DNA of 64,000 bases, taken from the NCBI GenBank assembly GCA_035288225.1, contig DATEAT010000129.1, positions 1,010 to 65,009 on the forward strand, written 5' to 3'. Position numbers and translations under genes: made by a program. This DNA is from Anaerolineales bacterium. Lineage in GTDB: Bacteria > Chloroflexota > Anaerolineae > Anaerolineales > RBG-16-64-43. This document shows, one piece after another, positions 63,104 to 64,000 of the stretch (position 1 is the first letter of the stretch; each line of letters starts with the position of its first letter). Under the pieces are notes generated by a model. That model was not told the origin of the DNA and searched no databases. It saw only the letters and a list, made by a program, of their open reading frames with translations.

Positions 63104-63634
63104 ATGATTGAAGTATCGATCGACAGCATTCGCGTGCACCTCGTGTCGCAGAGCCGCGTGGTCGTCCTCAAAGAGCTCACGGCCGAGCGCTTCCTGCCGA
63201 TATGGATCGGACCCTTCGAGGCGGATGCCATTGCCATGAGCCTGCAAGATGTGGAAGCGGCCCGCCCCATGACCCACGACTTGCTCAAGAGTGTGTTGCA
63301 GCAACTGGGCGCCGAGACCGTGCGCATAGAAATCCATGACCTGCGCGAGGATGTGTTTTACGCACGCATTATCGTGCGTGTCGATGGGCGCGAGGCGGAA
63401 ATCGACTCGCGCCCATCGGATGCGCTGGCATTGGCGGTGCGCGTGCGGGCGCCGGTGTTTGTGGAGGAAAGCGTAATGGATCGGGCGGGGGTCGTACCCG
63501 AGGCCGACGCGCGCGAGGGTGCACCCGAGGCCGAAGGCGAAGGCGCCGGGAGCGACGACCGGCTTTCGGTCTTCAAGGACTTCGTCGAGAAGCTTGACCT
63601 CGACGACATTCCCCCCGACGAAACGAAAAGCTAG
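63104..63634 (+). CDS. Bifunctional nuclease family protein (DUF151/BFN)
   Basis: RBS GGAGGCGGAG. VVVLKELTAERFLPIWIGPFEADAIAMSL...RPMTHDLL...FYARIIV...IDSRPSDALALAVRVRAPVFV, then an acidic tail. Confidence 0.85.
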   Translation: MIEVSIDSIRVHLVSQSRVVVLKELTAERFLPIWIGPFEADAIAMSLQDVEAARPMTHDLLKSVLQQLGAETVRIEIHDLREDVFYARIIVRVDGREAEIDSRPSDALALAVRVRAPVFVEESVMDRAGVVPEADAREGAPEAEGEGAGSDDRLSVFKDFVEKLDLDDIPPDETKS

Positions 63635-63729
63635 CTCAGCCAGGCGCAGCCCGCCCGGCGGGCGCGCGACCCTTGGCGGCCGCACAGCGGGGACCCGCGG
63701 ATGCGGCCGCGTTGCTCACCCTGCAGACC

Positions 63730-64000
63730 ATGACAGAGCGAGAGACTTTCATTCCCTCCGAATCCACACCCCAGCCGGCGGGCGGCCCGATCGTCGCCCC
63801 GCACAGCCGCGAGGCCGAAGAGGCCCTGCTCGGGTCGGTGCTCATCAACCCTGAGGCCTACTATGAGGTGGCTTCTTTCCTTGGGCCGGGCGATTTCTAC
63901 CTGCACCGCAACGGCTGGGTGTGGGAGGCCTTCCATCAACTCGTGGAAAAACGGGTGCCCATCGATGTGATGACCGTGGCCCAGGAGTTGGAACGCGCAG
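63730..64000 (+). CDS. dnaB: Replicative DNA helicase DnaB, N-terminal part (3' end outside the window; not in the ORF track because no stop is reached)
   Basis: Hand translation from ATG 63730: MTERETFIPSESTPQPAGGPIVAPHSREAEEALLGSVLINPEAYYEVASFLGPGDFYLHRNGWVWEAFHQLVEKRVPIDVMTVAQELERA, the canonical DnaB N-terminal domain. Confidence 0.85.
   Translation, partial: MTERETFIPSESTPQPAGGPIVAPHSREAEEALLGSVLINPEAYYEVASFLGPGDFYLHRNGWVWEAFHQLVEKRVPIDVMTVAQELERA

Overview
High-GC bacterial chromosomal segment (roughly mid-60s % GC by eye, not computed), densely coding on both strands, with many 4-nt start/stop overlaps and GGAGG-type ribosome-binding sites. The gene content fits a Chloroflexota-like aerobe: alternative complex III, LysM-M23 peptidases, an ECF sigma/anti-sigma module with DUF5666/5667-like neighbours, DegV and bactofilin. 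That taxonomy is inference only. I call about 62 CDS, 3 tRNAs (Lys-CTT, Asn-GTT, Arg-TCT), several hairpin terminators, four sigma70-like promoters and three repeat families. I found no CRISPR array, rRNA, transposase or integrase.

Main blocks in order:
- feoB (5' truncated) and a feoC-like gene
- two tandem LysM-M23 peptidases
- tRNA-Lys and rho
- ECF sigma/anti-sigma plus exported proteins
- an alternative complex III operon (actA-B1-B2-C-DE plus an extra cytochrome c)
- bactofilin, MoaD-like and DegV genes
- a more AT-rich patch (DUF4332 plus an orphan exported protein)
- aminotransferase, gntK, arfB, corA
- azlCD, DmpA, thioredoxin
- a seven-gene pantothenate/CoA operon (panB-panE-panC-coaX-MT-hyp-coaBC)
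- a hydrolase::acyl-CoA-synthetase fusion
- an ABC-2 exporter bracketed by composite palindromic repeats
- tRNA-Asn, a TGS-uridine-kinase-like gene, MurR, FAH, dcd, comEA, DUF554
- a DsbA-like gene
- GNAT, a double XRE HTH, a CpaF-type ATPase, a small protein and a histidine kinase
- two coupled unknown genes
- tRNA-Arg, nnr, M23, a TolB-like gene, fdhD, a bifunctional nuclease and dnaB (3' truncated)

Most worth a second look:
1. The DsbA-like gene carries an in-frame TGA exactly at the first Cys of its CXXC motif, followed by a SECIS-like hairpin. This makes it a candidate selenoprotein.
2. A family of about 150-160-nt multi-hairpin elements occurs at three loci. Stems are conserved and loops vary.
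3. A soluble histidine kinase carries tandem MshEN/T2SSE_N-type motifs. It lies directly upstream of an orphan CpaF-type ATPase with no pilus genes, and divergent from two coupled genes I cannot assign to any family.

All family assignments come from reading motifs by eye. No searches were run.
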